A stretch of 63,701 nucleotides of DNA, counting the filler, from Thermoplasmatota archaeon (GTDB lineage Archaea > Thermoplasmatota > E2 > JACPAO01 > JAHFTW01): the NCBI GenBank assembly GCA_041623215.1. It is 4 parts of 4 records of this genome, joined end to end, with 100 filler letters (N's around TTAATTAATTAA, not from the genome) between each part and the next. Parts side by side here need not be neighbours in the genome. Positions count along the whole stretch, not along the records: positions 18,528 to 36,677 come from JBFJXH010000027.1; positions 36,778 to 54,719 come from JBFJXH010000028.1; 2 more parts are not named here. The stretch is one strand, 5' to 3'. Shown here piece by piece: positions 28,204 to 38,113 of this stretch (position 1 is its first letter; each line of letters opens with the position of its first letter). Position numbers and translations under genes: made by a program. A model generated the notes under the pieces. The model was not told the DNA's origin and searched no databases. It saw nothing but the letters and a program-made list of their open reading frames with translations.

Positions 28204-28905
28204 ATGTCCCATATACGCGGGTTCCCTGGCCGCCCTGTGGCTGGCAGGGAATCCGCGCCCACGTTCCGCGTCCGGGTGACGTCCCACATCAGCAACGGCT
28301 GGCACATTGCGACGGCCACGACGCGGGGGCTCGTTCGCGCTCGTCAGGAAGACGCGTGCGTTGTGTTGCCCGCCGGCCCCACAGTCGGAGTGTTTGATGG
28401 CGTGGGGGGCCTACCCGCCGGGGACTTGGCGAGCCAAGCTGCTGCGGATGGGTTGGGGGCAACGCTGGCGCAGGGACGCCGCGGGCTGCTGGGGCGACTG
28501 GATACCCTTGTGCGCCGCACGGGAGGTGCCACCACGGCCTGCATCGTCGACTTACCAAGTGGCGATGTGTGGAGCATTGGTGATTGTGGCGTGTACCGTC
28601 TGGATTCGCAGGGTCGCGTCGAAGGCGTCGCTCCTAAAGATCGAGCCAGCCGCCACCAGCTGACTGCCTGCTTGGGCCAATCAGTGGCGTCGGGCGAGGG
28701 CCATTACCAGGAGGCCCGACTCATTGGCGCCCGGGCGGTGCTGGTGTGTAGCGACGGCGTGGATGGGTTTGTGGACGACGCTTGCCTGGCGGCGGCTCTT
28801 CAGGGCGGGTCCCTGGAAGATTTGATGGCCGCAGTCGAGGCGGTCGGGGCGCCGGATAACGCCACGGCCATCCTTGCCCGTCGAATTCCCGCTCAGCAAG
28901 CCTAG
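28204..28905 (+). CDS. PP2C/PPM-family Ser/Thr protein phosphatase
   Basis: RQED, VFDGVGG, IGDC, CSDGV, DNAT motifs; start may be downstream (GTG about 28276). Confidence 0.85.
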   Translation: MSHIRGFPGRPVAGRESAPTFRVRVTSHISNGWHIATATTRGLVRARQEDACVVLPAGPTVGVFDGVGGLPAGDLASQAAADGLGATLAQGRRGLLGRLDTLVRRTGGATTACIVDLPSGDVWSIGDCGVYRLDSQGRVEGVAPKDRASRHQLTACLGQSVASGEGHYQEARLIGARAVLVCSDGVDGFVDDACLAAALQGGSLEDLMAAVEAVGAPDNATAILARRIPAQQA

Positions 28906-28927
28906 CTGCGGCGGCGGCGCTCGCGGG

Positions 28928-29200
28928 CTAATGGCGCGCCTTGCAGTAGACGGCTGTGTGGCCGCGCACTTCCACCAGTTCTCCGTCACAGGCTTGTTCC
29001 AGCGCTTCGGCTTGGCTGGCATTTTCGCTGCCACCACTAGTGGCAGAGGGAAGCAATCGCACCTTGACCAACTTGCGCCGTTCGAGTTGCGCATTCAACT
29101 CCTGGATGAGAGTCTCGGTAATGCCGTCCTTGCCCACTTGTAGGGTGACGTTGATGCTTTGTGCCTCACGCATGCGGGCGCGGCGGGTCTTGTTGTCCAT
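28928..29200 (-). CDS. YhbY/CRM-domain RNA-binding protein
   Basis: QVGKDGIT, ELNAQLERRKLVKV, RGHTAVY. Confidence 0.9.
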   Translation of the reverse strand: MDNKTRRARMREAQSINVTLQVGKDGITETLIQELNAQLERRKLVKVRLLPSATSGGSENASQAEALEQACDGELVEVRGHTAVYCKARH

Positions 29201-29501
29201 GTAGGGGTCTCCGGTGGGTATGTCCGCATGTCAAGCATGTGGTGATGATTTGGTTGCGCTGCACGCGCGTCCGGCTGGTCGTCGCTCGGCGGTAGGTGCC
29301 GCACTTGCGGCACACTTGGCTGGCCTCGGCGGGTCGAAGACTCAACTGGTATCGCCTCGCGATTCGGTTGGTCAACTGGCCGTAGCGGTCGGCCAGATCG
29401 GCGTCGGGCCCAAGGCTCTCGCGGCGTGCCGTCTCCAGCAAACTGCGGATGCGGCGCGCGGCGATGCCACGCTCTTCGCCCTTCTTGCGACGCTTCGCCA
29501 C
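29166..29501 (-). CDS. rnp4: Ribonuclease P protein component 4 (Rpp21)
   Basis: IA-x2-RI-x2-L, RY-x2-L-x2-RI, zinc ribbon CRKC...CLTCG-x3-R; conserved context. Confidence 0.88.
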   Translation of the reverse strand: MAKRRKKGEERGIAARRIRSLLETARRESLGPDADLADRYGQLTNRIARRYQLSLRPAEASQVCRKCGTYRRATTSRTRVQRNQIITTCLTCGHTHRRPLHGQQDPPRPHA

Positions 29502-29598
29502 GATGCGGCGAGCACTGCTGGTCCAAAAAGGAACACCTGGCGGCGTAAGCTTGGGGGCGCGGCGACGCCCTCATGTCCCGGTCGGCCGTGGCCATCGC

Positions 29599-30216
29599 AT
29601 GGAACGACCGCCGAATTCATGGGACCGCTACTATCGGTACCATGCCGCGCCATGGCGGGGAGAGCGTTCTGTGAATGCCTTGCTGCCTTACTTGGGTGAT
29701 GGCCCTGTGCTAGAATTGGGCTGTGGCAACGGCAAGGCGCTTCACCCTATGGTCGCCGCCGGCATTGATGTCGTGGCCTTGGACATTTCATGGCATGCCC
29801 TGCGGCGGCTTGACCATCCATCACGTGTCCTGGGTGACGCGGCGCAGTTGCCCTTTGTCGACGGGGCCTTCACTGCCGTTTTGGACCTCCATTGCACGGG
29901 GCATTTGCTGGCCGATGGACGCCGCCAAGCCGCAGCCGAAGCGTTTCGTGTTTTGAGCCCCGGCGGCCACTGTGTCGTCGAACGATTGCACCCTGACGAC
30001 CTGCGCGCCGCCCATGGCGATGCCGTGGAGGCTAACACACGTCGCTTGGCTGACGGGCGGACCACGCATTTCAGCGACGAAGCAGCGCTGAACCACGAAA
30101 GGAGCGGGGCTGGTTTTCAGAAAGTTTGGGCAGAAACCACCGTCCGCACCCCCTCGCTGCGAGGCCAAACCGTAACACGGGCATCAACGCGGGCGGCGTT
30201 CCAGCGGCCACTGTAG
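29599..30216 (+). CDS. Class I SAM-dependent methyltransferase
   Basis: VLELGCGNGK, ALDIS, GDAAQLPF, RVLSPGG; start reset to ATG 29599. Confidence 0.88.
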   Translation: MERPPNSWDRYYRYHAAPWRGERSVNALLPYLGDGPVLELGCGNGKALHPMVAAGIDVVALDISWHALRRLDHPSRVLGDAAQLPFVDGAFTAVLDLHCTGHLLADGRRQAAAEAFRVLSPGGHCVVERLHPDDLRAAHGDAVEANTRRLADGRTTHFSDEAALNHERSGAGFQKVWAETTVRTPSLRGQTVTRASTRAAFQRPL

Positions 30217-30238
30217 GCCAACGCCCAGAAGCCGGGAT

Positions 30239-30880
30239 TTACGCAGTTTCGGCGGTGCTGCTACCCTCGGCGGAAGCCGCACGAAGAACAGAGCCTTCGA
30301 TGGAGAATGCGGTTTCTTGGCCCAACTGACCCCCCGCGACGCCTCCAGCCGACGTGTAGGTGTGCCACGCCACGAGCCTGTAGGTCGTGGCGGGGTCGAG
30401 TCCGCTTACCTGGAAGCTGATGGGGCTGTCTCCGTTGCCGCCGTTAGCGATGGCACCCGACACGAAGGTGCAGGGGCCGCTATTGCACTCGGTGGCGATG
30501 CCGAAGCTGAGGCCGCCGTTCATCGGATTGTCCCAGGAGAGAGTCAGGTCCGCTCCATGGATGAGGGACAGTTCCGTGGATTGGTCCCAATTGCCTTGGC
30601 TAACGCCGGTGCAGCCCGCAGCCATGGCGCAACCAGCTACTTGGTGCCCGACGGAGCCGGACCAGGAGAACGCTTCCTCAACGGGCTCTGCTTCGACTTC
30701 GGGCGTGCTGGCGCTTCCTTCGTCGTTGCTTGAACCTGCAGCGGTTTCGGAGGAACCCGATGATGGGCTGTCGCCATCCGCTGGCTCGGCCGCGTCGGTG
30801 GTGTTGTCATCATCTACGCAGCCAGCGAGGCCCACGAGGCCCACCACGGCTGCTACCAGGAGCAAACGCATACGCGTCAT
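30239..30880 (-). CDS. Lipoprotein of unknown function
   Basis: MTRMRLLLVAAVVGLVGLAGC lipobox, acidic Ser-rich linker, beta-rich domain with four Cys. Confidence 0.8.
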   Translation of the reverse strand: MTRMRLLLVAAVVGLVGLAGCVDDDNTTDAAEPADGDSPSSGSSETAAGSSNDEGSASTPEVEAEPVEEAFSWSGSVGHQVAGCAMAAGCTGVSQGNWDQSTELSLIHGADLTLSWDNPMNGGLSFGIATECNSGPCTFVSGAIANGGNGDSPISFQVSGLDPATTYRLVAWHTYTSAGGVAGGQLGQETAFSIEGSVLRAASAEGSSTAETA

Positions 30881-30999
30881 CCTGGGAAGCCCTTCTTGAA
30901 CACTTCGGGCCAAGGGCTCGGGCGCAATCGTTCCGGGGAAGCGCCTGTGCGGCGAGCTTGGACCGGCCGATTCAACAGGCAACCCCGAATGGACCACGC

Positions 31000-31752
31000 G
31001 TGTCCGATTGGCTTGTGGTCCTCGTCGTTGCCTTGGCCGCCAGCGCCCTGACGCTGTTTTCGGGCTTCGGCTTGGGCACACTGCTCTTGCCGGCATTTGC
31101 CTTGGTCTTTCCATTGGACGTCGCAGTGGCCGCAACGGCGGTTGTCCATCTGGCGAACAACATTTGGAAGGGATTCCTGCTTGGGGGTGATGCCGCCATG
31201 CGGGTGGTGGTCCGCTTTGGCTTGCCTGCGTTGCCGGCAGCATTTCTTGGTGCTTGGCTGCTGCTTCGGTTGCCGGAGCGACGCCTCTTTGCGTGGGCTG
31301 GAGGGGAGGTGACTGGGCTTGGGGTTACGCTGGGCGTCCTCATTATGGCCTTCGCCTTGTTTGACCTGGTGCCGCGCCTTCGTGCCTGGAGCGTGTCGCC
31401 GCGCCACCTGCCGATTGGCGGAGCCTTGTCGGGGTTCTTTGGTGGTCTGAGCGGCCATCAAGGCGCGCTACGGTCGGTCTTTCTCACGAAGGTGGGCCTC
31501 GACCCCAAGGCGTTCGTTGCCACGGGCGTCCTGTGCGCCATCATGGTTGATGTGGCGCGGCTGGCCACCTACGGTGTGGCGGGACTACGGCCTGATAGTT
31601 GGCCATTGGTTGCGGCCGCTACGATTGCTGCTTTTGTCGGCGCCGTTGTCGGCAAGGCGCTCCTTGGGAAGGCGACGATTGATGGCGTGCGCAAGTTGGT
31701 GGGCGGCTTGCTGCTGGGCGTCGGGGCAGGCCTCGCGTCGGGCATTCTTTAG
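31000..31752 (+). CDS. Sulfite exporter TauE/SafE (TSUP) family
   Basis: SGFGLGTLLLP, GFFGGLSGHQGALR; start reset to GTG 31000. Confidence 0.88.
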   Translation: MSDWLVVLVVALAASALTLFSGFGLGTLLLPAFALVFPLDVAVAATAVVHLANNIWKGFLLGGDAAMRVVVRFGLPALPAAFLGAWLLLRLPERRLFAWAGGEVTGLGVTLGVLIMAFALFDLVPRLRAWSVSPRHLPIGGALSGFFGGLSGHQGALRSVFLTKVGLDPKAFVATGVLCAIMVDVARLATYGVAGLRPDSWPLVAAATIAAFVGAVVGKALLGKATIDGVRKLVGGLLLGVGAGLASGIL

Positions 31753-31776
31753 GAGGCGGGGCTGTGTGGCAGCCCT

Positions 31777-32502
31777 ATGACGCGCCTGCTGTACATGGAC
31801 TCCGTGGACGCATGTTATGACAAGGAGTTTGACGCCGAGGTGACCATGGCCAAGCCCGATTGGCTCATGCTGGACCAATCGCTCTTCTATCCTCTTGGCG
31901 GGGGCCAGGACTGGGACACCGGTCGCTTGGTCACGGAGGATGGTGTCGAGTTATCGGTTGGCGAGGTGACCAAGCGCGGTCCGGTAAAGCACGTGGTGGG
32001 GCCCGGCCATGGCCTTGAGCCGGGGGCCCGCGTGCATGGCGTCATTGACTGGGATCGTCGCTATGCTCACATGCGAATGCACACGGCGCAGCACGTGGTT
32101 TCGGGCATGGCCTACGAGCTGTTTGGGGGGACACGGACCGTGGGCAATCAATTGCATGCGGACCGCTCGCGCATTGATTTCAATCCCATCGATTTTACGC
32201 CTGAAATGCTGAAGGATTTGGAGGCCGCGGCCAACGCCGAAATTCAAGCCGCGCGCCGCGTGGAGGCGGTAACCATGACTCGCGACGATGTGAACGCAGT
32301 CATGCCGGAGGCCCGGACCAACATGGATCTACTGCCCAAATCAGTGACGGAACTGAGGGTTATTCGCATTGGCGATGACCTCGACTTGTGCCCTTGTGCG
32401 GGCACGCACGTCCGCAATACGAAGGAAATTGGAGAGGTTCAGGTGCTGGGCCGAAAGTCGAAGGGCAAGGGGACACAACGCGTGGAATACACGTTGGTCT
32501 AG
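31777..32502 (+). CDS. alaXM: Alanyl-tRNA editing protein AlaX-M
   Basis: FYPLGGGQ-x2-DTG, HMRMHTAQH, CPCAGTHV. Confidence 0.93.
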   Translation: MTRLLYMDSVDACYDKEFDAEVTMAKPDWLMLDQSLFYPLGGGQDWDTGRLVTEDGVELSVGEVTKRGPVKHVVGPGHGLEPGARVHGVIDWDRRYAHMRMHTAQHVVSGMAYELFGGTRTVGNQLHADRSRIDFNPIDFTPEMLKDLEAAANAEIQAARRVEAVTMTRDDVNAVMPEARTNMDLLPKSVTELRVIRIGDDLDLCPCAGTHVRNTKEIGEVQVLGRKSKGKGTQRVEYTLV

Positions 32503-34193
32503 CCGAGAACGCGCCAAGGTCGCTTTGTCTCGGGGCGACGGCGCCCTAATTCCTTGGCAGGTAGGATGAAGCTGGCTACCAATTTGGGCCCCACCATGCG
32601 GACGTGCGCTTGGCCGCCAAGGCGTCGTGCAACCCGGTCCGCGACGTACAAGGACATGGCGCGACCAATGCCGCCGCGAACATTGTCGCCGGCCTCACCC
32701 AGCCGGGGCAAGTCACTTTCGTTGGCCAGGGAGTTGTTGTCAATGAGTTGAATGACGGCGTACCCGTCACTCTCACGCACGACCCCCTCAAGATCCTCCG
32801 GATTCACGGAGTTGGACGCTACAATTCGATGCAGTTGCTCCAACGCGAGCGACAGAACTGTGGACGTACCGGGAAGCACGAGGTTACTGGCCCTGCGGTC
32901 CAACGCCGCGTTCGTGAACGGCGCTGGCGTAAGCGGGTCGTGAAGCACTTCCTGGAGCGAGGTTTCGCCGTGAGTGGCATCCTGTAGATGTTGCTCCAAC
33001 CGGGAAACTTCGAGAAACATCTCCACCACGCGCCCAAGGTCATCGAGATTCCGCTGCACGATGTCCAACGCCTTGGCTTGCCGGTCGTTCACATCGCCGA
33101 GATGGCCGGCACGTAGCAGGGACATTTGCATCAGGATAGGCGTTAGCGGCGTGTTGAACTCGTGGCTGGCAGCATTGATGATGGCGGCGTGTGCCTCCTT
33201 GATGCGCGTTTCATGCTCGTGGCGAGCAGCTTCCCGTTCGCTGAGGTTGGTCACATGAAGGGTTACGCCCATGACATCGCCATTCTTGCCTCTTAGTGGC
33301 AGGGAGGAAATGCGCCCCAGCACCGTTCCACCTGCCCATTGAAACGTTTGTTCTTCGTCAGTTGCTTCCCCTGACAAGGCGCGCGAGGCGAGCGCCGTAG
33401 CCCGTGCGTGCACCTCGGGTGGCAGGCAGGCCAGCAGGTTGTCGCCGGGTTGGACTTTCACCCCGAACGCGGCGCTCAGGGCTTGGCGGGCTTGCTCATT
33501 GCAAGCGAGCACCTGGTAGCGCCGATCAATGCTAATGATGAGGGCGTCAATGCCCCCCAGCAGGGCATCAGCCTCGGCGGCCTGGACTTCCAGTTGTGCG
33601 GCACGTTGATCGGTCATCAACACCATGGTCGCCAGCACGAGCGCTCCGACAAGGTAGCTGAGCGTTCCCAGCCACCATTCCTGGGCAGGAACCTCGAAAA
33701 AGATGGGGGTGCCAAGGAACAGGACGATGTTGATGGCGTGGTGCGAAACGAGCGCCTGGCCGCGCAAAAACGAGGTTCCAACGATGGCGATGAGAAGGAT
33801 GGTTCCGTAGGCGGAAGCGGAGCCCTCCGGAAGCCGACTCCAGGCCAACACCCAACCACCTGCTTGAATGGCGCTCACGTGCAGCAAATTGGCCAAGTTC
33901 AGCTTGCCATAGCGAAGGACAACCCATGCCAAAGCTATGGCGACCATGGCAACGGCGCCCAGCATGAGGGTCAAGCCCAGTTCGGGGCTTCGCGTAGTTC
34001 GCCAAGCAGCAATCGCGCCCGAGATATAGGCCAAGCCGGCCGCAGTCATGACCAAAAGAAGAGCTGCGGTCAGCCTAGCGCGTCGCTGATCGTCCGGGTC
34101 CGTGAAGGACGAATGTGCCCGAATGAGGGTATCGTACCACGGCACTCGGGCTCCGTCTGTCTGCGGCCGCACCATTGGCTCGTTATCTGGCAC
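32499..34193 (-). CDS. Membrane sensor with PAS and HisKA domains and a degenerate HATPase domain
   Basis: About 6 TM, PAS-like region, H-box ASHEFNTPLTPI; N, G1 and G2 boxes not conserved. Confidence 0.8.
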   Translation of the reverse strand: MPDNEPMVRPQTDGARVPWYDTLIRAHSSFTDPDDQRRARLTAALLLVMTAAGLAYISGAIAAWRTTRSPELGLTLMLGAVAMVAIALAWVVLRYGKLNLANLLHVSAIQAGGWVLAWSRLPEGSASAYGTILLIAIVGTSFLRGQALVSHHAINIVLFLGTPIFFEVPAQEWWLGTLSYLVGALVLATMVLMTDQRAAQLEVQAAEADALLGGIDALIISIDRRYQVLACNEQARQALSAAFGVKVQPGDNLLACLPPEVHARATALASRALSGEATDEEQTFQWAGGTVLGRISSLPLRGKNGDVMGVTLHVTNLSEREAARHEHETRIKEAHAAIINAASHEFNTPLTPILMQMSLLRAGHLGDVNDRQAKALDIVQRNLDDLGRVVEMFLEVSRLEQHLQDATHGETSLQEVLHDPLTPAPFTNAALDRRASNLVLPGTSTVLSLALEQLHRIVASNSVNPEDLEGVVRESDGYAVIQLIDNNSLANESDLPRLGEAGDNVRGGIGRAMSLYVADRVARRLGGQAHVRMVGPKLVASFILPAKELGRRRPETKRPWRVLG

Positions 34194-34248
34194 GCGGTAC
34201 TCATGAGGGGCAGCGGTGACGGATGATGGACCAATGCCCCACTAGGGC

Positions 34249-36189
34249 TTACGGACTGACTAGGGTAACGCGAATGTCCGCGCCGGCCTTTTGGGCCGCC
34301 TTGAGTGCTTGGCCTTCTGGACTTGTGGCCTTGAAGCGGAGGCGGCCATTGCTAGCCGCCAGTGCTTCCCCAATGACCGCGCCTTCCACTTCGACGCGGT
34401 AGGATTTTCCGCCGGCGGTGGGCCCTAAGAGGAGGAATACATTGCTTCCCGTTGCCTTGACGGGTGGGTCGTCCAGGCTGCCGGCGGCGCTGCGGCGGCT
34501 ACCCTCCTCGCGCGCGCGGCCGGCACCGTCCTCTTCGCCCCGTGAAGCAAAACGGGTGAGGGCCCCAGGCCCCGCAGGGCCGCCCGGGCTGTCGTCCGCT
34601 TGAATGTCGAGGCGAATCCCAAGCCGCGACTCCAAGGCCTGTACCGTGCGGCCACCTTTGCCAATGAGTTGTGGCACCACGTGCTGCGGCACTCGGACCG
34701 TGGCACGATTTCCGTGCACTTCGACCCACATGGGGCCACGAGCATACCGGGACAAGGTCCGTTTGATTTCTCGGACCGCAAGGCCCGCAGCGCCCGAACG
34801 GGCCTCGCCCCCTGGGCCTCCCGCGCCAGCCACCTGGTCCAGCGGCATCACAACCACTTGCTCGCCGTACGTGTACAATTCAAACAACTCCTCGCGCGTC
34901 AACACGTCGCGGACCACCACGACGGGACGGGCCAAGTCCGCTTCGGTCATGCCGGCGGGCACGCGCACGGTGAAGTCCACTTCCAAGACCGCTTCCACCT
35001 TGCCATCGTGGATGTAAACCACCGTATCAACGACTTGCGGAATCATGCCCAATTCGACGCGCCCGACGAGGCGCTGGATGGCATCGATGGGGCGGTTGGC
35101 GTGCGTTACTCCGAACAGGCCAATGCCAGCCAGTCGCATGTCGGCAAATACCCGGAAATCGTCCGTCGTGCGCACTTCGTCGTACAGGACGTGGTCGGGG
35201 CGTACCAGCAGCATCACTTCCCCGGTGTCGGCCATGCGGCCCCCGAGTGCGCCATACTGGGTCACGTCATGTGGGACTTGCAGGTCACGCGGTTGCTCCA
35301 TGGTTTTCACGACGCGATTCATGGCGTGCAGGTGCTCGCCAATGGCCGCCACGAACGTGGATTTCCCGCCGCCTGGCGAGCCGGCAACGAACACGCCCCG
35401 TCGCTTGTCCTCAATGCGTTCCACCAGGCCATCGGGCAAGTCGTAGTCTTCGAGCGTGGTCTTTGTGATGGGTCGAACCGCCGTCATTTCCAAAGCGTCG
35501 GAAAAGGGCGGTTGCGCGATGGTAATCCGCATGGGGCCCAGTTGGAGGACGGTGCATCCAGGTTTCTGCATCTCCACAAAAGAATGGTAATCGCGCTTGG
35601 CAAACTCGATGCATTCCCTTGCAATGCCACGCACCTCCTTGTGGCCAATTTCCTTGGTGGCGCAGGCGGCGTACGTGATGGCTCCCGGCGTGCCGGTTTT
35701 AGCCATGGGTCGGCAGTCTGCCTTGAGATGGACACTCATGGTTTCGGGGGTGAAGTAGCTCCACACTTTGAGTTGCTCTAGGCCGGGAGCTTCATCCAGC
35801 AGGGGCCGCTGATAGATGTGGGTTAGGCCCTGCGCACTTGCAGCATACGCTTGCACGCGGTCGCTGGTAACAAACGTCGCCTGGTGCTCGGCGGCGGCGT
35901 CGCGGATGAGCGCGTCGATTGCGCCGTCCTCGGCGTGGCTGACTTCTTCGGGCGTGGGCCGACGCCCCACGAGGCGAACCGTGCACGTGCCTTCCCGACC
36001 TAGGCGTTGCAAGGCGCGCAGTTCCTCAAGGCCGGCGAAGCCCGTTTCCTGACCCCGGTTGGCCTGCGCCTCCAATTCGGCCAAGGCGGCCAAGGGGACG
36101 AGCACTTCGGCGCCCGCGTACTCACCTTCCGTGACCAATTCCGTAATTCGGCCGTCGATGAGAACGCTGGTGTCGGGGACCAACTGCAT
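34249..36189 (-). CDS. PINA-type ATPase (PIN + VirB11-like ATPase + KH domains)
   Basis: VPDTSVLIDG (PIN), GSPGGGKST, LLVRPD-x3-YDEVR, GRVELGMIPQVVDT, LIGKGG (KH). Confidence 0.93.
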   Translation of the reverse strand: MQLVPDTSVLIDGRITELVTEGEYAGAEVLVPLAALAELEAQANRGQETGFAGLEELRALQRLGREGTCTVRLVGRRPTPEEVSHAEDGAIDALIRDAAAEHQATFVTSDRVQAYAASAQGLTHIYQRPLLDEAPGLEQLKVWSYFTPETMSVHLKADCRPMAKTGTPGAITYAACATKEIGHKEVRGIARECIEFAKRDYHSFVEMQKPGCTVLQLGPMRITIAQPPFSDALEMTAVRPITKTTLEDYDLPDGLVERIEDKRRGVFVAGSPGGGKSTFVAAIGEHLHAMNRVVKTMEQPRDLQVPHDVTQYGALGGRMADTGEVMLLVRPDHVLYDEVRTTDDFRVFADMRLAGIGLFGVTHANRPIDAIQRLVGRVELGMIPQVVDTVVYIHDGKVEAVLEVDFTVRVPAGMTEADLARPVVVVRDVLTREELFELYTYGEQVVVMPLDQVAGAGGPGGEARSGAAGLAVREIKRTLSRYARGPMWVEVHGNRATVRVPQHVVPQLIGKGGRTVQALESRLGIRLDIQADDSPGGPAGPGALTRFASRGEEDGAGRAREEGSRRSAAGSLDDPPVKATGSNVFLLLGPTAGGKSYRVEVEGAVIGEALAASNGRLRFKATSPEGQALKAAQKAGADIRVTLVSP

Positions 36190-36240
36190 AACGGCTGGAG
36201 GGCCTATGAGGATGAAAGCACCAGGGGTCGAGATTCGGCC

Positions 36241-36677
36241 CTAGACGTCCCGCAGGGTGCGGACATCCGGCGGCGCCTCGTCGAACGCAAATGCGAATTC
36301 GTACAGCGCTGGTACCAGGTGGGCGACCGAGAAGTAGTAGTCACCCGTGGACGGCAGCGTTACTTGCAACGGGCCCGTGTTAACGGGTGCGCCGCCGTAC
36401 GAGCACGCGAAGTCCATCGCTTCTCCCTGAGCGTTGTGCAGGTAGTAGCAGCCGGTGTTGCCGTCCGACCAGCCCTGGAACACTTGGCCTGCGATGCCTG
36501 TGAAGTGGTAGTAATCCCGGCCGTCAGTCAACGACCCCGTGCCGGCTCCGCTGTAAATGATTCCGGGCTGGATGGTAATCTCCTTGGACGGTGCGTCAGG
36601 GGCATCGCGACCGCTGCCGGCGTCGTCCTGCGGGATGATGCCGTAATCCTCGGCCGTTGCAAGGGGCATGGCGGTGA
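36241..36677 (-). CDS. Secreted protein with PPC-like domain, 5'-truncated by a gap
   Basis: End of a signal peptide (...TAMPLATA), QDDAGSGRDA, DYYHF-x-G-x-AGQ, LPSTGDYY. Confidence 0.7.
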
Positions 36678-36777
36678 NNNNNNNNNNNNNNNNNNNNNNN
36701 NNNNNNNNNNNNNNNNNNNNNTTAATTAATTAANNNNNNNNNNNNNNNNNNNNNNNNNNNNNNNNNNNNNNNNNNNN
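36678..36777. other. Artificial contig spacer
   Basis: N44-TTAATTAATTAA-N44. Confidence 0.97.
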
Positions 36778-36778
36778 C

Positions 36779-37933
36779 CAGAACACTGGCGAGCGCTTTG
36801 AAACTCCAATTCCGGGGCACGCCTGGGAGGACAACGGGCCCAACCACATCATGCGGACCTTCATGGACCGCTACGCGCTTCGCGCCGAAGGTGGCCGGTT
36901 TGGATGGTACAGCACCTCCGAAAGCGAGGACTGGGCAAGCCACTGCGAAACCGTCCCGACCCTTGTCTACGCGGCGTCGAACGACCCCTTCGGGAACGCG
37001 CCGCCCCACTTCTTCGGCGGCTCGGACTACCATGACACGGCTTTCTCGTACGTCATCTACTACTACGAGTGGTCCCGCCTGGTACCCATGGATGCAGTGT
37101 TGCCAACAATGAGTGCCACCAATGTGGACGACCCTACCGGAACCTGTCTGTACTTCGACCGCGACGAATACGAGGGCTTCGGCCAGGGCACGGAAGACCA
37201 CCCTTGTGCGACGGAAGAAGCCCAGTGTAAGATTGGCTACGATGAGAGCGTGGAAATCGAGACCGGCGTCGGCCTGTCGCCCTCCCCGTGGATGTACTCG
37301 TTCGGCCCCTTCCGCCACTTCCAACTGGCAGACGCCCTAAAGCTGCAAATCCTGCGCTGTGACTTGGCTACCAACGACCCCAACACTGGCCACCCCATTC
37401 GGCCTGGCCAGATTGTTGGTTCCCAGGGTGACAGCGATCTCGTGTTGATCGGCGATGGCCTCGGCCCCTGGAAGGGTGAGCTCATCTTCGATTCCAACAA
37501 TGGTGAAGGTTGCCTGCCACTATTGGACCAATCGAGTAACCTCATCAACCTGAGGCCCTCGACGAGCAGCAACTCGCCCTGTGGCGGCGGCGACTGTCAA
37601 GCGACGACCCCTGGTGCGATTCTGCTGAGCCAAAAGGCCAAGGACTCCTGGATGGCGCCCGTGTTCGACACCAGCGACCGGCCCTTTGCCAGCACCATTG
37701 CGGTGATGTGCGCGGGCATGGCTGGGTACTACTTCGACGCCACGGAAGACCCCGTCAACAAGGGTTCGCCGTACGGCTGGCTCGTGGCCCACATGTCGGA
37801 CTACGACTGGATTGTTCTGGCTGCCGCCAACGACCCCGAAATCATTTCGTGGGGTCTTGAACCGGCTAACCAATCGGACGTCGGCTACGGCAACTCCGGT
37901 TGCCAAGACTTCGACGGCGATCTGACCAACTAA
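36779..37933 (+). CDS. Cys-patterned secreted-family protein, paralogue 1 (5'-truncated)
   Basis: Frame open from the contig edge (QNTGERFETPIPGHAWEDNGPNHIMRTF...); aligns by eye with the four following genes; 10 Cys. Confidence 0.9.
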   Translation, partial: QNTGERFETPIPGHAWEDNGPNHIMRTFMDRYALRAEGGRFGWYSTSESEDWASHCETVPTLVYAASNDPFGNAPPHFFGGSDYHDTAFSYVIYYYEWSRLVPMDAVLPTMSATNVDDPTGTCLYFDRDEYEGFGQGTEDHPCATEEAQCKIGYDESVEIETGVGLSPSPWMYSFGPFRHFQLADALKLQILRCDLATNDPNTGHPIRPGQIVGSQGDSDLVLIGDGLGPWKGELIFDSNNGEGCLPLLDQSSNLINLRPSTSSNSPCGGGDCQATTPGAILLSQKAKDSWMAPVFDTSDRPFASTIAVMCAGMAGYYFDATEDPVNKGSPYGWLVAHMSDYDWIVLAAANDPEIISWGLEPANQSDVGYGNSGCQDFDGDLTN

Positions 37934-37945
37934 GCTCGCCGAGCA

Positions 37946-37971
37946 CCTTTTTCCCTTTCTTCCCCTTCCTT
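37946..37971 (+). terminator. Pyrimidine-rich putative terminator after paralogue 1
   Basis: Pure T/C tract just after the stop; similar tracts follow all five paralogues. Confidence 0.55.
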
Positions 37972-38043
37972 GGATCGTTCCCGAATTTTTGTTCGAAGAC
38001 CGCCGATTGAGGCCCACGCGGCCTTTGATTTCGTCAGCTGAGC

Positions 38044-38107
38044 GCATGTAGTTAAGAATAGGAAGCCGTAGGCCACCTGTAGCGCGGCGATAGCCGCTCT
38101 TAGGTGA
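38044..38107 (+). promoter_or_regulatory. Promoter GCAT-N3-GTTAAG and SD AGGTGA of paralogue 2
   Basis: Same motif and spacing recur before paralogues 3 and 4. Confidence 0.65.
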
Positions 38108-38113
38108 TGAATC

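Noticed and set aside
34249..36189. PIN-domain toxin or type IV secretion ATPase as a defence/conjugation system
   Set aside because: The PIN-ATPase-KH architecture is the conserved archaeal housekeeping PINA protein; no antitoxin or secretion genes nearby
36241..37933. Apparent divergent pairing of the PPC-like secreted gene with the paralogue array
   Set aside because: They are separated by an artificial spacer, so adjacency across gaps carries no information
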